NCBI GenBank assembly: GCA_036381715.1
Contig: DASVCH010000172.1
Location: forward strand, 1-59,925
DNA length: 59,925 nt
Direction: 5' to 3'
Source: Gammaproteobacteria bacterium
Lineage (GTDB): Bacteria > Pseudomonadota > Gammaproteobacteria > Natronospirales > JAJUFS01
Below, piece by piece: positions 37,955-47,387 of this stretch. Within the stretch, counting starts at the first letter, position 1. Every line of letters starts with the position of its first letter. Made by a program: the position numbers and the translations under genes. The notes below the pieces were generated by a model. The model was not told where the DNA came from. It did no database searches and was given only the letters and a program-made list of their open reading frames with translations.

Positions 37955-39994
37955 TCAGAGCGACAGCGAGTCCCAGCCGGCGTCCGGCCGGAAGCGATCG
38001 CCGTGGCGTTCGAACAGCGCCTGCTGGCGCTCGCGCATGCGCGCCACGCCCTGGCTGCGGATGAAGTTCGCCGGACCGCCGCGGAAGGGCGCGAAGCCGG
38101 TGCCGAAGATCACGCCGGCGTCCAGCAGGTCCGCGTCCGCGACCACGCCTTCGCGCAGGCAGGCGACGGCCTCGTTCAGCATCGGGAAGATCAGCCGGTC
38201 CTGCAGGTCGGCGGGACCGCCCTGCGCGCGCGATGCGTCCTTCTGCGGCCTGCCGCTCTCGTCGTAGCGGTAGAAGCCTTCGCCCGTCTTCCTGCCGAGC
38301 TTCTTCGCCTCGACCATGTCTTCGAGCCGCTTCGGCACGGCGTGGCCGAATTCCTTGCCGAGAATTCGTGCAACCGACAGGCAGACATCGAGACCGACGG
38401 TGTCGGCGAGTTCCACCGGTCCCATCGGCATGCCGAAATTCTTCGCTGCGCGATCGATGGCCTCGTTCGCCACGCCTTCCTCGGACAGCAGCATGGCTTC
38501 CATGAGGTAGGGCATCAGGATGCGGTTGACGAGAAAGCCGGGCGAGGACTTGCACGGCACCGGCAGGCGATCGACATGGCGCGCGAACGCCAGGGCCTTT
38601 TCCATCACGTCCTTGTCGGTGTCCTGCGAATGGATGACTTCGATCAGCGGCATCTTCGCAACGGGGTTGAAGAAGTGGAGGCCGACGAGGTGGTTCGGGT
38701 TATCCAGGACAGTGGCAAGTTCCTCGAGGCGGATGCTGGAGGTGTTGGTCGCAAGCACCGCTTCCGGCTTCATTTTGGTTTTCAGGTCCTTGTACAGGTT
38801 CTGCTTCGCTTCGGTGTTCTCGAAAATCGCCTCGATGACGAGATCGGCGTGCTTCGCGCCGTCGCCCGCGACGTCGGCCTTGAGGCGGTGATACGCCTCG
38901 GCGACTTTCGCGTCGTTGCCCTTGAATTTTTTCTCGAACAGTTTCCGCGCGCGCTTCATGGCGGGATCGATGTACTGGAGTTCGCGATCCTGCAGGGTGA
39001 CGTCGAAGCCCTTGTACGCGCACCACGCGGCGATGTCGCCGCCCATGGTGCCCGCGCCGACGACGTGTACGTGCTTCAGCTCGAACGCCTTCCTGTTGCC
39101 CAGGCTCTTCAGGCGGTCCTGCAGCAGGAACACACGCACCAGGTTGCGCGCGGTATCGCCCACCATCAGCTTCGCGATGGAATGCGCTTCGGCGAGGTAC
39201 ATCTCGCCGGGGTTGCCGATGTGATGCTTCCACAGGTCGATGATCGCGTACGGCGCCGGGTAATGATCCTTGCGCGCCTTCGCGGCGACCTGCTTTTCCA
39301 GCACCTTGCTGAACACATGGCGCGCGCCCGGCAGATTGAGCAACTGCTGCGGCAGCGGCGCGCGGCGCTTGCCGGGCGGGTTCAAGGCAATCCGCAGGGC
39401 GGCTTCGTCGAGCTGTTCGGCCGGCACAACCTTGTCGGCAAGGCCGGTGGCTTTCGCCTTTTTCACGTTGAACGGCCGGCCGGTGAGCATCAATTCCATC
39501 GCCGGCACGACGCCCATCTTCTGCACGGAGCGCACGGTGCCGCCGAAGCCCGGGTGGATGCCGAGATTCACTTCCGGCAGCCCGAGGCTGGTGCGCGGGT
39601 CGTCCGCGGTGACGATGTAGTCGCAGGCGAGCGCGAGTTCCAGGCCGCCGCCCAGCGCGAAGCCGTGCACGGCGGCGACGGTCGGGCAGGGCAGGTGATC
39701 GAGCTTGTCCAGCACGAGCTGGCCGCGGCGGATCAGCTCGAAAGCCTGCGCAGGCGATTCCAGCCCGGTGAATTCCTTGATGTCGGCGCCGGCGATGAAG
39801 CCGCTCTTTTTCGCGGACTTCACCACCACGGCTTTCGGCGGATCCTGTTCGAGTTCCCGCAGCCTTTCGTCGAGTTCCACCATGATGTGGCCGGACAGGA
39901 CATTGGTGCTGGCGCCCGCCTTGTCGAAGACCAGCCAGGCGACATTGTTCTCGTCGCGGCTCAGTTGCCAGTTGCCGTTTGCGACATCGACCAT
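37955..39994 (-). CDS. Enoyl-CoA hydratase / 3-hydroxyacyl-CoA dehydrogenase (FadJ/FadB-type)
   Basis: FIAGADI, ALGGGLEL, GLPEVNLG, VGAGTMG, IEAIFE, ATNTSS, HFFNPV, PGFLVNR. Confidence 0.94.
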   Translation of the reverse strand: MVDVANGNWQLSRDENNVAWLVFDKAGASTNVLSGHIMVELDERLRELEQDPPKAVVVKSAKKSGFIAGADIKEFTGLESPAQAFELIRRGQLVLDKLDHLPCPTVAAVHGFALGGGLELALACDYIVTADDPRTSLGLPEVNLGIHPGFGGTVRSVQKMGVVPAMELMLTGRPFNVKKAKATGLADKVVPAEQLDEAALRIALNPPGKRRAPLPQQLLNLPGARHVFSKVLEKQVAAKARKDHYPAPYAIIDLWKHHIGNPGEMYLAEAHSIAKLMVGDTARNLVRVFLLQDRLKSLGNRKAFELKHVHVVGAGTMGGDIAAWCAYKGFDVTLQDRELQYIDPAMKRARKLFEKKFKGNDAKVAEAYHRLKADVAGDGAKHADLVIEAIFENTEAKQNLYKDLKTKMKPEAVLATNTSSIRLEELATVLDNPNHLVGLHFFNPVAKMPLIEVIHSQDTDKDVMEKALAFARHVDRLPVPCKSSPGFLVNRILMPYLMEAMLLSEEGVANEAIDRAAKNFGMPMGPVELADTVGLDVCLSVARILGKEFGHAVPKRLEDMVEAKKLGRKTGEGFYRYDESGRPQKDASRAQGGPADLQDRLIFPMLNEAVACLREGVVADADLLDAGVIFGTGFAPFRGGPANFIRSQGVARMRERQQALFERHGDRFRPDAGWDSLSL

Positions 39995-40039
39995 GGTTTC
40001 TCTTTCCTTTCTTGACGTGCGGAATGACGGGTTGCGAGG

Positions 40040-40693
40040 TCAGATGGCCTCGCGCTGTCCCGGCGCGGTGAGGCCCGCGACCAGGAACGGAATGAGTTGC
40101 GTCAGGGTGACTTCGGGCGAGGTTTCGGCGCGGTTTTCGCCGCCTGCCAGCAGCTTGAGCAGGCCGGCATCGAGGAAGGCGTTGTGCAGCGTGCCGAGCA
40201 TGAAGTTCAGCCGCCAGCAGATTTCGTCCGGGCTGAGCGCGGGAATGGCGCGCTGCATGGCGTCGCGATAGCGCTGCAGCACGGCGTCGTTCTCGCGCGC
40301 ATAGAAGCGTTCCACGTAGCCGGCCGCTTCGTGCAGGCTTTGTGCGAGCAGGCGGGTCAGCACGGCGCCGCTCGCGCCGGTACGGGCCTGTTCCACCAGC
40401 GGTTCGACGAAGGCGCGCACGATGGTTTCCACGTCCAGCGCCTGGCCGCCTGCGGCAGTCTCCAGCGTTTCGAGATTGCGCAGCCTGGCGGCGTTGAGCG
40501 GCTCCAGGTGCCGGCGGTAGACGGCCTCCACCAGGGCGTCCTTGGAACCGAAATGGTAGTTGACCGCGGCGAGGTTGACGTTGGCGGCCGCGGTGATGGC
40601 CCGCAGGGACGTGGCGCCGATACCGGCCTCGGCGAACAGCCTTTCGGCGGTCGTGAGAATGCGATCACGGGTGGATATGGGCGTGGAATCCAT
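40040..40693 (-). CDS. TetR-family regulator, PsrA-like
   Basis: TRDRIL..AE.LFAE.G...TSLR.IT..A.VNLAAVNYHFGSK; C-terminal WRLNFMLG and FL.AGL.AP; PsrA-type box upstream. Confidence 0.88.
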   Translation of the reverse strand: MDSTPISTRDRILTTAERLFAEAGIGATSLRAITAAANVNLAAVNYHFGSKDALVEAVYRRHLEPLNAARLRNLETLETAAGGQALDVETIVRAFVEPLVEQARTGASGAVLTRLLAQSLHEAAGYVERFYARENDAVLQRYRDAMQRAIPALSPDEICWRLNFMLGTLHNAFLDAGLLKLLAGGENRAETSPEVTLTQLIPFLVAGLTAPGQREAI

Positions 40694-40720
40694 GGGCGTT
40701 TGTCCGACATCCGGGGCCGT

Positions 40721-40766
40721 TTAAAACGAATGTTTAATGCTACAGGCCGCTGGCGGAACGATGCAA
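40721..40766 (-). promoter_or_regulatory. Promoter of the PsrA-like gene with overlapping operator
   Basis: TTGCAT (40766-40761)-18 nt-TAGCAT (40742-40737); TTAAAAC-GAAT-GTTTAAT palindrome at 40721-40738. Confidence 0.65.
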
Positions 40767-40768
40767 AT

Positions 40769-41488
40769 CTATTCCTGCGGCCGTTCGGCGAGCTGCTCGA
40801 AACGCGTGCCGGGCGCGACTTTCAACAGGTGCGCGCGCAACTGGCTGTCCACCAGGCTGATGGCCTGCTGGCGCGCGTCGTGTTCCTCGTTCATTTCGCC
40901 GCTCATGCTGCGCGTGATGTAGTTCCGCGCCGTACGCTGCCTGAGCCGGGCGGCGCGTTCGTAGACGTCGAACCAGTCCTGCGGCGCGCGGTCGCCGTAT
41001 CGCCGCCCGGCGTACTCCCGCAGGATCTCCAGGCGCAGCTCGTTGGCGGCGAGATACGCCTCGGCTTCCGCGTCGCTTGCAATGACATCACCGGATTGCG
41101 CGCGCAGGCCGCGCTTGAGATTCTCGGGCAGTGCGAGGATTTCCCGGTTGAGCATGCGCCGGTCGATGCTGTCCATGAGTTCGCGGCGAATGGCGAGCAG
41201 CGGTTCCGGCTCGGCCAGTGCGCGCGCTTCGAAACGCAGCAGGTCTTCGCGCACGGCTTCGCGGTGCGCCGGTTCGACCAGGGTGAACAAGGCCTCGCGG
41301 CGCGTCCGCTCGGCGTCCGCCGCGTCCGGCGGCGTCAGCCACTCGTCCCAGACGCGGGCGAGGGGCAGGGGTTTTTCGTGCAGGGAAAAGACGCTGCGCC
41401 GGGCCCGTGCGCGGCGCAGGATCGCCGCGCCGAGCAAGGCGCCGGCGATGAGCAGCGCGATGGCGACTGCCAGGAAGAATGCGTCCAA
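40769..41488 (-). CDS. Hypothetical membrane-anchored protein
   Basis: N-terminal hydrophobic helix followed by an Arg cluster and a helical body; fills the gap between genes; TTG start. Confidence 0.7.
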   Translation of the reverse strand: MDAFFLAVAIALLIAGALLGAAILRRARARRSVFSLHEKPLPLARVWDEWLTPPDAADAERTRREALFTLVEPAHREAVREDLLRFEARALAEPEPLLAIRRELMDSIDRRMLNREILALPENLKRGLRAQSGDVIASDAEAEAYLAANELRLEILREYAGRRYGDRAPQDWFDVYERAARLRQRTARNYITRSMSGEMNEEHDARQQAISLVDSQLRAHLLKVAPGTRFEQLAERPQE

Positions 41489-41564
41489 AGATGTCGTCCC
41501 CGCGGAAGCCGGACAGCGTTACGGAAAGGCGAAGTTTATCAAGGCAGGCGTCACCGTTGCACGG

Positions 41565-42308
41565 TCAGGCGCGGATATCGAAATCGCAGACCAGTGGCAG
41601 GTGATCGGAGTAGGTGACAACCGGTATTTCGAAATGCGTGATCACGACGCGCTCGTCATGAAAGATGAAATCCAGTTCGCGATGCGGATTCCGGCTCGGA
41701 TGCGTCGGTTGCGCGCGGAGGTTCGCGCTGAGCAGCCCGGTGCTGGCAAGAAAGGCGCGCAGCTCCGTCTCGCCGAAGAAGGTGTTGAAGTCGCCCGCGA
41801 TCATCACGGGCTTGCGCGAGGCATTCGCCAGTTCCTGAAGATCGCCGAGCTGCCGCTGCCGGTCCCGGTAGCCCAGCGACAGGTGCACGAGAAAGATGGA
41901 AACGTTTTCCAGTTCCAGCTCGATGATCAGCCGTTTCACGCCGCGCGAAAAATAGTGGAAGCGTTCGCCGTGCACGGAACTGCGCGTTACGAACGCGTTG
42001 CCCTGCTTGTTCAGTACGGGCACCAGGCGATGCAGCGAGTCGTGCTGGTACTTGCACTGGAAAGTCTGCGCGTTGTGTCCGAGCGCGGTTGCGATCGTTT
42101 CCGCCTGGTTGCGCCGGCCGCCCGTGCGGAACGAGCCGAGATCGACTTCCACCAGGCCAAGGATGTCCGGATCGAGCGCTTCGAAGAACCGGATCAGCCG
42201 CTCCAGGTTGCCGTGCGTTCGGCGCAGGTAGCCGGCGCCGGGCACGGGCAGGTGGAAGTGGCGACCGGCGCCCGTGGCGTAGCGGATGTTGTAGAGAACG
42301 AATCGCAT
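41565..42308 (-). CDS. Endonuclease/exonuclease/phosphatase family protein (YbhP-like)
   Basis: YNI, PDILGLVEV, GNA, VHLSL, AGDFN, LDFIF, SDHLPL. Confidence 0.9.
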   Translation of the reverse strand: MRFVLYNIRYATGAGRHFHLPVPGAGYLRRTHGNLERLIRFFEALDPDILGLVEVDLGSFRTGGRRNQAETIATALGHNAQTFQCKYQHDSLHRLVPVLNKQGNAFVTRSSVHGERFHYFSRGVKRLIIELELENVSIFLVHLSLGYRDRQRQLGDLQELANASRKPVMIAGDFNTFFGETELRAFLASTGLLSANLRAQPTHPSRNPHRELDFIFHDERVVITHFEIPVVTYSDHLPLVCDFDIRA

Positions 42309-42378
42309 CAGGGTCTTTCGATGGTGATCCTTGTACTGTTTGTGTTTTCGCAGCGGTTGGCAAGCAAAGCGAGATGAA

Positions 42379-43488
42379 ATGAAACGCAAAGAAGGCGAGG
42401 CCGCGCGCGAACGCGAACCCAGCCGCGACGTCTTCACCGTGTTCACCGACGGCGACGAGCTGTACGACGACATGCTCTGGCGCATCCGCCGCGCGGAACG
42501 CACCATACGCCTGGAATCCTACATTTTCGAGAACGACGCCATCGGCGGCGAGTTTGTCGAAGCCTGCTGCGAACGCGCGCGCGCCGGTATCCGGGTGCGG
42601 CTGCATCTCGATGCGCTCGGCTCGCTGGCCTTATCGTTGAGTGACGCGCCGGACCGCCTGCGCGATGCCGGCGTCGAGTTGCGCTGGTTCAATCCGGCCC
42701 GCCTGTTCCGGCTGCTGAAACTCAACCGCCGCAATCACCGCAAGCTGCTGGTCGTCGATGAGGAAAGCGCGTGGCTCGGCGGTTTCAACATCCACGACGA
42801 CAGTTCGCGCCGCTATTTCGGCAAGGAATGCTGGCGCGACACGCACGTGCGCATCGACGGTCCGCTGGCTCATGTCGCGGCGGAATATTTCGACCACCTG
42901 TGGCAGGGCCGGCGCGACTGGCGCGCCCCGTCGGACACCGAACGCGGCGCGTTTCTCGTTTCCAACCATAATCTGCGCCAGGTACACCGCTTCCGGCGGC
43001 TGCTGGTCCGGCGCATGCGCGATGCCGCCGACAGCGTCTGGCTGACGACGCCGTATTTCATGCCCGACCGCCGGACGCAGCGCGAGATGGCGCGTGCGGC
43101 GAGACGCGGCGTCGACGTGCGGCTGCTCGTGCCGTTCAAGACCGACCGCCCCGTGACGCAATGGGCGGCGCGCGCATCCTACGCGCAGCTGCTGGCCGCC
43201 GGCGTGCGCATCTACGAGTACCAGCCGCGCCTCCTGCACGCCAAGACCGTCGTCGTCGACGGCCGCTGGTGCACCGTCGGCACGGCGAACATCGACTACC
43301 GCAGTTTTTATGTGAACTTCGAGTTGAATCTCATTTCCGGCCGCACCGATCTTGCGGGCATTCTGCGCAAGAACTTCCTCGACGACCTGCGCGCTTCGAA
43401 GGAAGTCATCGGCGCCGCCTGGAAGCGGCGCGGCTGGGCGATGCGTGTCGCGGAACTGGTGGGCTGGGTCGCGCGGAAGTTTCTTTGA
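42379..43488 (+). CDS. Phospholipase D / cardiolipin synthase (ClsB-like)
   Basis: Two HKD motifs (RNHRKLLVVD, LHAKTVVVD), TPYFMP, GTANID; no N-terminal TMs. Confidence 0.88.
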   Translation: MKRKEGEAAREREPSRDVFTVFTDGDELYDDMLWRIRRAERTIRLESYIFENDAIGGEFVEACCERARAGIRVRLHLDALGSLALSLSDAPDRLRDAGVELRWFNPARLFRLLKLNRRNHRKLLVVDEESAWLGGFNIHDDSSRRYFGKECWRDTHVRIDGPLAHVAAEYFDHLWQGRRDWRAPSDTERGAFLVSNHNLRQVHRFRRLLVRRMRDAADSVWLTTPYFMPDRRTQREMARAARRGVDVRLLVPFKTDRPVTQWAARASYAQLLAAGVRIYEYQPRLLHAKTVVVDGRWCTVGTANIDYRSFYVNFELNLISGRTDLAGILRKNFLDDLRASKEVIGAAWKRRGWAMRVAELVGWVARKFL

Positions 43489-43609
43489 AAAGCGCTCGCT
43501 TTTCCTCTTCAACATAAGACCGTTTTTTTCACGTACCGCACTGCCGCCCCTAGGGATGCGCGCAAGCGGCCCATACATCGATACCAGTTTCCTCGCGGAG
43601 ATTTCGCCC

Positions 43610-44134
43610 ATGAACAGATCGACACTCGTTTTACTTTCCGTCGCGGTCGCGAGCGGTTGCGCGATGAACGGTTTCGAAACCGAAGACGACCGCATGTTCG
43701 GCGAGCGCAAGCCGGCGGAGTTCGTCAACGGCGACGGCGATCCTGTCGGGTCGGCGGTCCTGACGCAGACGCCGAACGGCGTACTGGTGGACGTCGAGCT
43801 GCGCGACCTCGAACCCGGCTGGCACGGTTTTCACGTGCACGAGACCGGTGAGTGCATGCCGCCGGATTTCAAGTCGGCGGGCGGTCATTTCAACCCGGCT
43901 TCGGATGATCATGGCCTGCTGGTCGAGGGCGGGCCGCATGCCGGTGACATGCCGAACATCTTCGTTGGCGCCGATGGCACCGCGCGGTTCCAGGCCGTCA
44001 CGACGGACGTGTCGCTGGAATCGCTTTCCGATTCGGACGGCGCCGCCTTGATGGTGCACTCCGACGCCGACGATTACCGTTCGCAGCCTTCCGGCGACGC
44101 CGGCAGCCGTGTCGCCTGCGCGGAGCTGGACTGA
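43610..44134 (+). CDS. sodC: Cu/Zn superoxide dismutase, lipoprotein
   Basis: Lipobox VASG-C; HGFHVHE, GGHFNP, HG, HAGDMPN, MVH, GDAGSRVAC. Confidence 0.9.
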   Translation: MNRSTLVLLSVAVASGCAMNGFETEDDRMFGERKPAEFVNGDGDPVGSAVLTQTPNGVLVDVELRDLEPGWHGFHVHETGECMPPDFKSAGGHFNPASDDHGLLVEGGPHAGDMPNIFVGADGTARFQAVTTDVSLESLSDSDGAALMVHSDADDYRSQPSGDAGSRVACAELD

Positions 44135-45024
44135 TGCAGCGCGAACCGGACGTCCGGCGCAACCCGAAAACGAAATACCCGCGCCCGCCCCAGGCGCCGC
44201 AGCAACAGGAGATGCCGGGCGACACGGATGCGATGATGCCGGCGCCGGACCACGGCGAGCACAGTTACAAGGGCAGCGGGCGGCTCAAGGACCGCGCGGC
44301 CATCATCACCGGCGGCGATTCCGGCATCGGGCGCGCGGTCGCGATCGCGTTCGCGCGCGAAGGCGCGGACGTGCTGATTTCCTACCTCGAGGAACACGAC
44401 GACGCCGCCGAGACCGCGCGCTGGGTCGAGGAGGCGGGGCGCAAGGCGGTGCCCGTCGCCGGCGACATCCAGGACGAGGCGCATTGCAATTCGCTGGTCG
44501 AGCGCGCGATGAAGGAATTCGGCAAGCTCGACATTCTCGTCAACAACGCCGCGCATCAGGCGACGTTCGACAGCATCGAGGCGATCAGCGCCGAGGAGAT
44601 CGACCTCACGTTCCGCACCAATGTCTACAGCATGTTCTATCTCTGCAAGGCCGCCATCGCGCGAATGAAGCCCGGCAGCGCCATCATCAACACCTCGTCG
44701 ATCAACGCCACGGACCCGAGTCCGTCGCTGCTCGCCTACGCGACGACCAAGGGCGCCATCGAGAATTTCACCGGCGGGCTGTCGGGCCTGGTCGCGGACA
44801 AGGGCATTCGCGTGAACGCGGTCGCGCCCGGTCCGATATGGACGCCGCTGATTCCTTCGACCATGCCGGAGGAAAAGGTGAAAAACTTCGGGAAGAACAC
44901 GCCGCTCGGCCGTGCGGGCCAGCCCGCGGAACTCGCTCCGGTCTACGTCCTGCTGGCTTCGCCGGAATCGAGCTACGTCACCGGCGCGCTCTACCCGGTG
45001 ACGGGCGGACGCCTGATGATCTGA
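44134..45024 (+). CDS. SDR oxidoreductase (YghA / general stress type)
   Basis: PDHGE.SYKGSGRL, TGGDSGIGRA, YATTK, APGPIWTPL. Confidence 0.92.
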   Translation: MQREPDVRRNPKTKYPRPPQAPQQQEMPGDTDAMMPAPDHGEHSYKGSGRLKDRAAIITGGDSGIGRAVAIAFAREGADVLISYLEEHDDAAETARWVEEAGRKAVPVAGDIQDEAHCNSLVERAMKEFGKLDILVNNAAHQATFDSIEAISAEEIDLTFRTNVYSMFYLCKAAIARMKPGSAIINTSSINATDPSPSLLAYATTKGAIENFTGGLSGLVADKGIRVNAVAPGPIWTPLIPSTMPEEKVKNFGKNTPLGRAGQPAELAPVYVLLASPESSYVTGALYPVTGGRLMI

Positions 45025-45066
45025 ACATGCGGTACCATCGGCTCGTTTCCGCAACCGGAGCGCACC

Positions 45067-45426
45067 GTGCAGTTGCAGGCCATCTATCGCATCACCGTGT
45101 TCGTGCCGCAGGACGCTTTCCGCGAGCTTGTCGACGGCATCAAGCGGGTGTTTCCGCTGGGTGACGACTACTACGACAGCGTGCTGTGGTTTCTCGAGGA
45201 CGGGCGCGAGGAATTCCGCGCCCGGACCGGCGCGAAGCCGGCGCGCGGACGGGTCGGCGAGTTGCACCAGGAGCCGGTGAGCATGCTCGTGTTCTCGGTG
45301 CCGCGCGACGAAGCCATGCTCGAACGCGTCGTGGAAGAGGGCATCAGGAAGAACCACCCCTGGGAATCGCCCGGCCTGTTCATCGAGGAGTCATGGACAC
45401 TTGGCACTCCCGCGCGGGAAGACTGA
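45067..45426 (+). CDS. Stand-alone Nif3/YqfO PII-like domain protein
   Basis: YRITVFVP, YD, G.EEFR...GA.P..G..GE, HPWESP (compare HPYEEP). Confidence 0.65.
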   Translation: MQLQAIYRITVFVPQDAFRELVDGIKRVFPLGDDYYDSVLWFLEDGREEFRARTGAKPARGRVGELHQEPVSMLVFSVPRDEAMLERVVEEGIRKNHPWESPGLFIEESWTLGTPARED

Positions 45427-45442
45427 CGCGGGCGCTGCGCTT

Positions 45443-46384
45443 TCAGCGCGAAGGCAGTGAAGAACGCTGCGTGGTCCGTGACGCCTGCAACTGCCGGTAC
45501 CACCACTCCGAGATCAGTTGGCCGACGGCGGGGTTCACGAGATAACCGTAGATGCGGTGCGGGTTCAGTCCCTCGTCGTCGCGGTAGTGATTGTAGATGC
45601 GGCCGAGATGGTCGCTGATGTTCTCGACCAGGTTCAGTTCGATCATTTCGTAAAAGTCATCACGCAGGCGCGCATCCAGCGCCGTTTCATCCCCGACGGC
45701 GGAAACGTTGATCCATTCCCGGATGCAGCCGGGGTAGCGCGTGATGCCGACGTGCGCGCTGCCCAGCAAGCGGCTCTTGACGAAACGCATCCCGAGCGGG
45801 CTGCCCAGCGTCAGCCAGGTGTCCACTTTCCGGCGGACGCCGAGTTCGTGCGTCATGAGCCACAACACGTTCCAGGCGATTACCGAACCGAGGCTGTGGC
45901 CGATCAGCAGCACCGGTTCGCCGTCGTCCAGCAGGGGGCGCAAGGCATCGATGGCCCTGGCGTGCGCGATCTCCGCGCTGCCGCCCATGTTGGTGAAATA
46001 GCGATGCGTTTCCTCGATGGTGGAACGCGCCGCGTCGTCCGCAAACAGCCGGATCAGCCGCGGAAAATGGTCCGCCAGCCGGTAGGTGACCCAGGTCAGC
46101 TGCTTGCGCCACTGCCGCGCTTCCTCCATGTCTTCCGCCGTCGGGCCGTGCTGGTGCAGCAGGGCGTCGATCCACGGCAGGTCCTCGGTCATCGACGTCT
46201 CGACGCCGTAATACGCCCGGTTCCAGTTCACGACGTGAAAGTCATTGCCGTGCTCCGCAAGATCCGCGTGCATTTCCGGGTTGGCGCGGCGCACGCCTTC
46301 CAGCAGGCAGCGCCACAGCTGCGCCTTGTGAACGTCGGGCGCTGGCTTGGGGTTCTTGCCGGGGATGAAAACGATCTTCGCCAT
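45443..46384 (-). CDS. Alpha/beta-hydrolase-fold protein
   Basis: FIPG, IGHSLGS nucleophile elbow, LTLGSPLG, WIN....GD, NPH..YGYL. Confidence 0.8.
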   Translation of the reverse strand: MAKIVFIPGKNPKPAPDVHKAQLWRCLLEGVRRANPEMHADLAEHGNDFHVVNWNRAYYGVETSMTEDLPWIDALLHQHGPTAEDMEEARQWRKQLTWVTYRLADHFPRLIRLFADDAARSTIEETHRYFTNMGGSAEIAHARAIDALRPLLDDGEPVLLIGHSLGSVIAWNVLWLMTHELGVRRKVDTWLTLGSPLGMRFVKSRLLGSAHVGITRYPGCIREWINVSAVGDETALDARLRDDFYEMIELNLVENISDHLGRIYNHYRDDEGLNPHRIYGYLVNPAVGQLISEWWYRQLQASRTTQRSSLPSR

Positions 46385-46506
46385 GAGCGCATTTTAACGG
46401 CGGTTGGGCAGCGCGCCATCGTGGAGATACCTGTGGCCGCCGTTTTGATTCGAAGTTCCGCCCGCATGTCTTTCGACAGGGTTCTCGTTCAGCAATGGAG
46501 GTTGTA

Positions 46507-46950
46507 ATGGAAAACATCTGGGTCATCGCCGCCGACAGCGTGCATGCGCGACTGTTCCGGGCCGAACACATCACCGGTCCGCTGCAGGAAGTGCGTGACA
46601 TGGTCAATCCCGAGTCGCGCCTGGACGAGCGCGAACTGGTGACGGACGCCCCGGGACGCACCTTCAGCTCGGGTGGCGGCGGAGCGGAACACCGCTACAC
46701 CTACGATCAGCGCTCCGAGAAGGAACACCAGGCGAAGCTGTTCGCGCGTGACGTGATCAACGAGATCGAAAAGCTGCGCGCGCGCGGGGAACTCGAGCGC
46801 GTGCATGTCATCGCCGCGCCGGAATTCCTCGGCCGCCTGCGCGAGCACTACTCGCCGCCGCTGAAGAAATGCATCGCCGAGGAGGTCACCAACCGCGCGA
46901 CCGACCGGCGGCCGGAGGAAATCCGCGAGCTGCTGCCTTACCGGATGTGA
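46507..46950 (+). CDS. Host attachment (AtsE-like) family protein
   Basis: WVIAAD...ARLF, DAPGR, FARDV, IAAPEFLG.LR; SD GGAGG before ATG 46507. Confidence 0.85.
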   Translation: MENIWVIAADSVHARLFRAEHITGPLQEVRDMVNPESRLDERELVTDAPGRTFSSGGGGAEHRYTYDQRSEKEHQAKLFARDVINEIEKLRARGELERVHVIAAPEFLGRLREHYSPPLKKCIAEEVTNRATDRRPEEIRELLPYRM

Positions 46951-46989
46951 GGACGAACAGGGGCGGGTACGCGCGAATCCCTGCTTTCG

Positions 46990-47268
46990 TCACAAGCCAT
47001 ATCTGCCAAGGACGGCAAACAGTTCGTCCAGTTTCTCCCGGCCCTGGTCCGGGCCTTCGGATTTCAGTGCGCCGGCCACGCACTGCTCGACGTGGCCGCG
47101 CAGCACCTGTTCCTCGACCTTGCGAAGCGCGGCATGCACCGCGCGCAGCTGGATCAGGATGTCCGCGCAGTAACGGTCCTCCTCGATCATCCGGCCGATG
47201 CCGTCGATCTGCCCGCGAATGCGGGCGAGGCGCTTGAGCGGGTTGTGGTGTTCGGTGTGCGGTTTCAT
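46990..47268 (-). CDS. CsoR/RcnR-family metal-sensing repressor
   Basis: RLARIRGQIDGI..MIEEDRYC.DIL.Q...H...C; start 47268 lies 7 nt after TATGAT (leaderless-type). Confidence 0.92.
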   Translation of the reverse strand: MKPHTEHHNPLKRLARIRGQIDGIGRMIEEDRYCADILIQLRAVHAALRKVEEQVLRGHVEQCVAGALKSEGPDQGREKLDELFAVLGRYGL

Positions 47269-47278
47269 GCCGCCCATC

Positions 47279-47295
47279 ATACCCCTTTGGGGTAT
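47279..47295. promoter_or_regulatory. CsoR-type operator
   Basis: ATACCCC-TTT-GGGGTAT palindrome overlapping the -10 of the repressor gene. Confidence 0.8.
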
Positions 47296-47387
47296 AGCGC
47301 CTGCAGCAGGAAGTTGAAGTAAAAACTATTTATTTGAAAAACATTAAGTTACATGAACTTTCGAAAAAGCCGCGAAAGAGTTTCACG

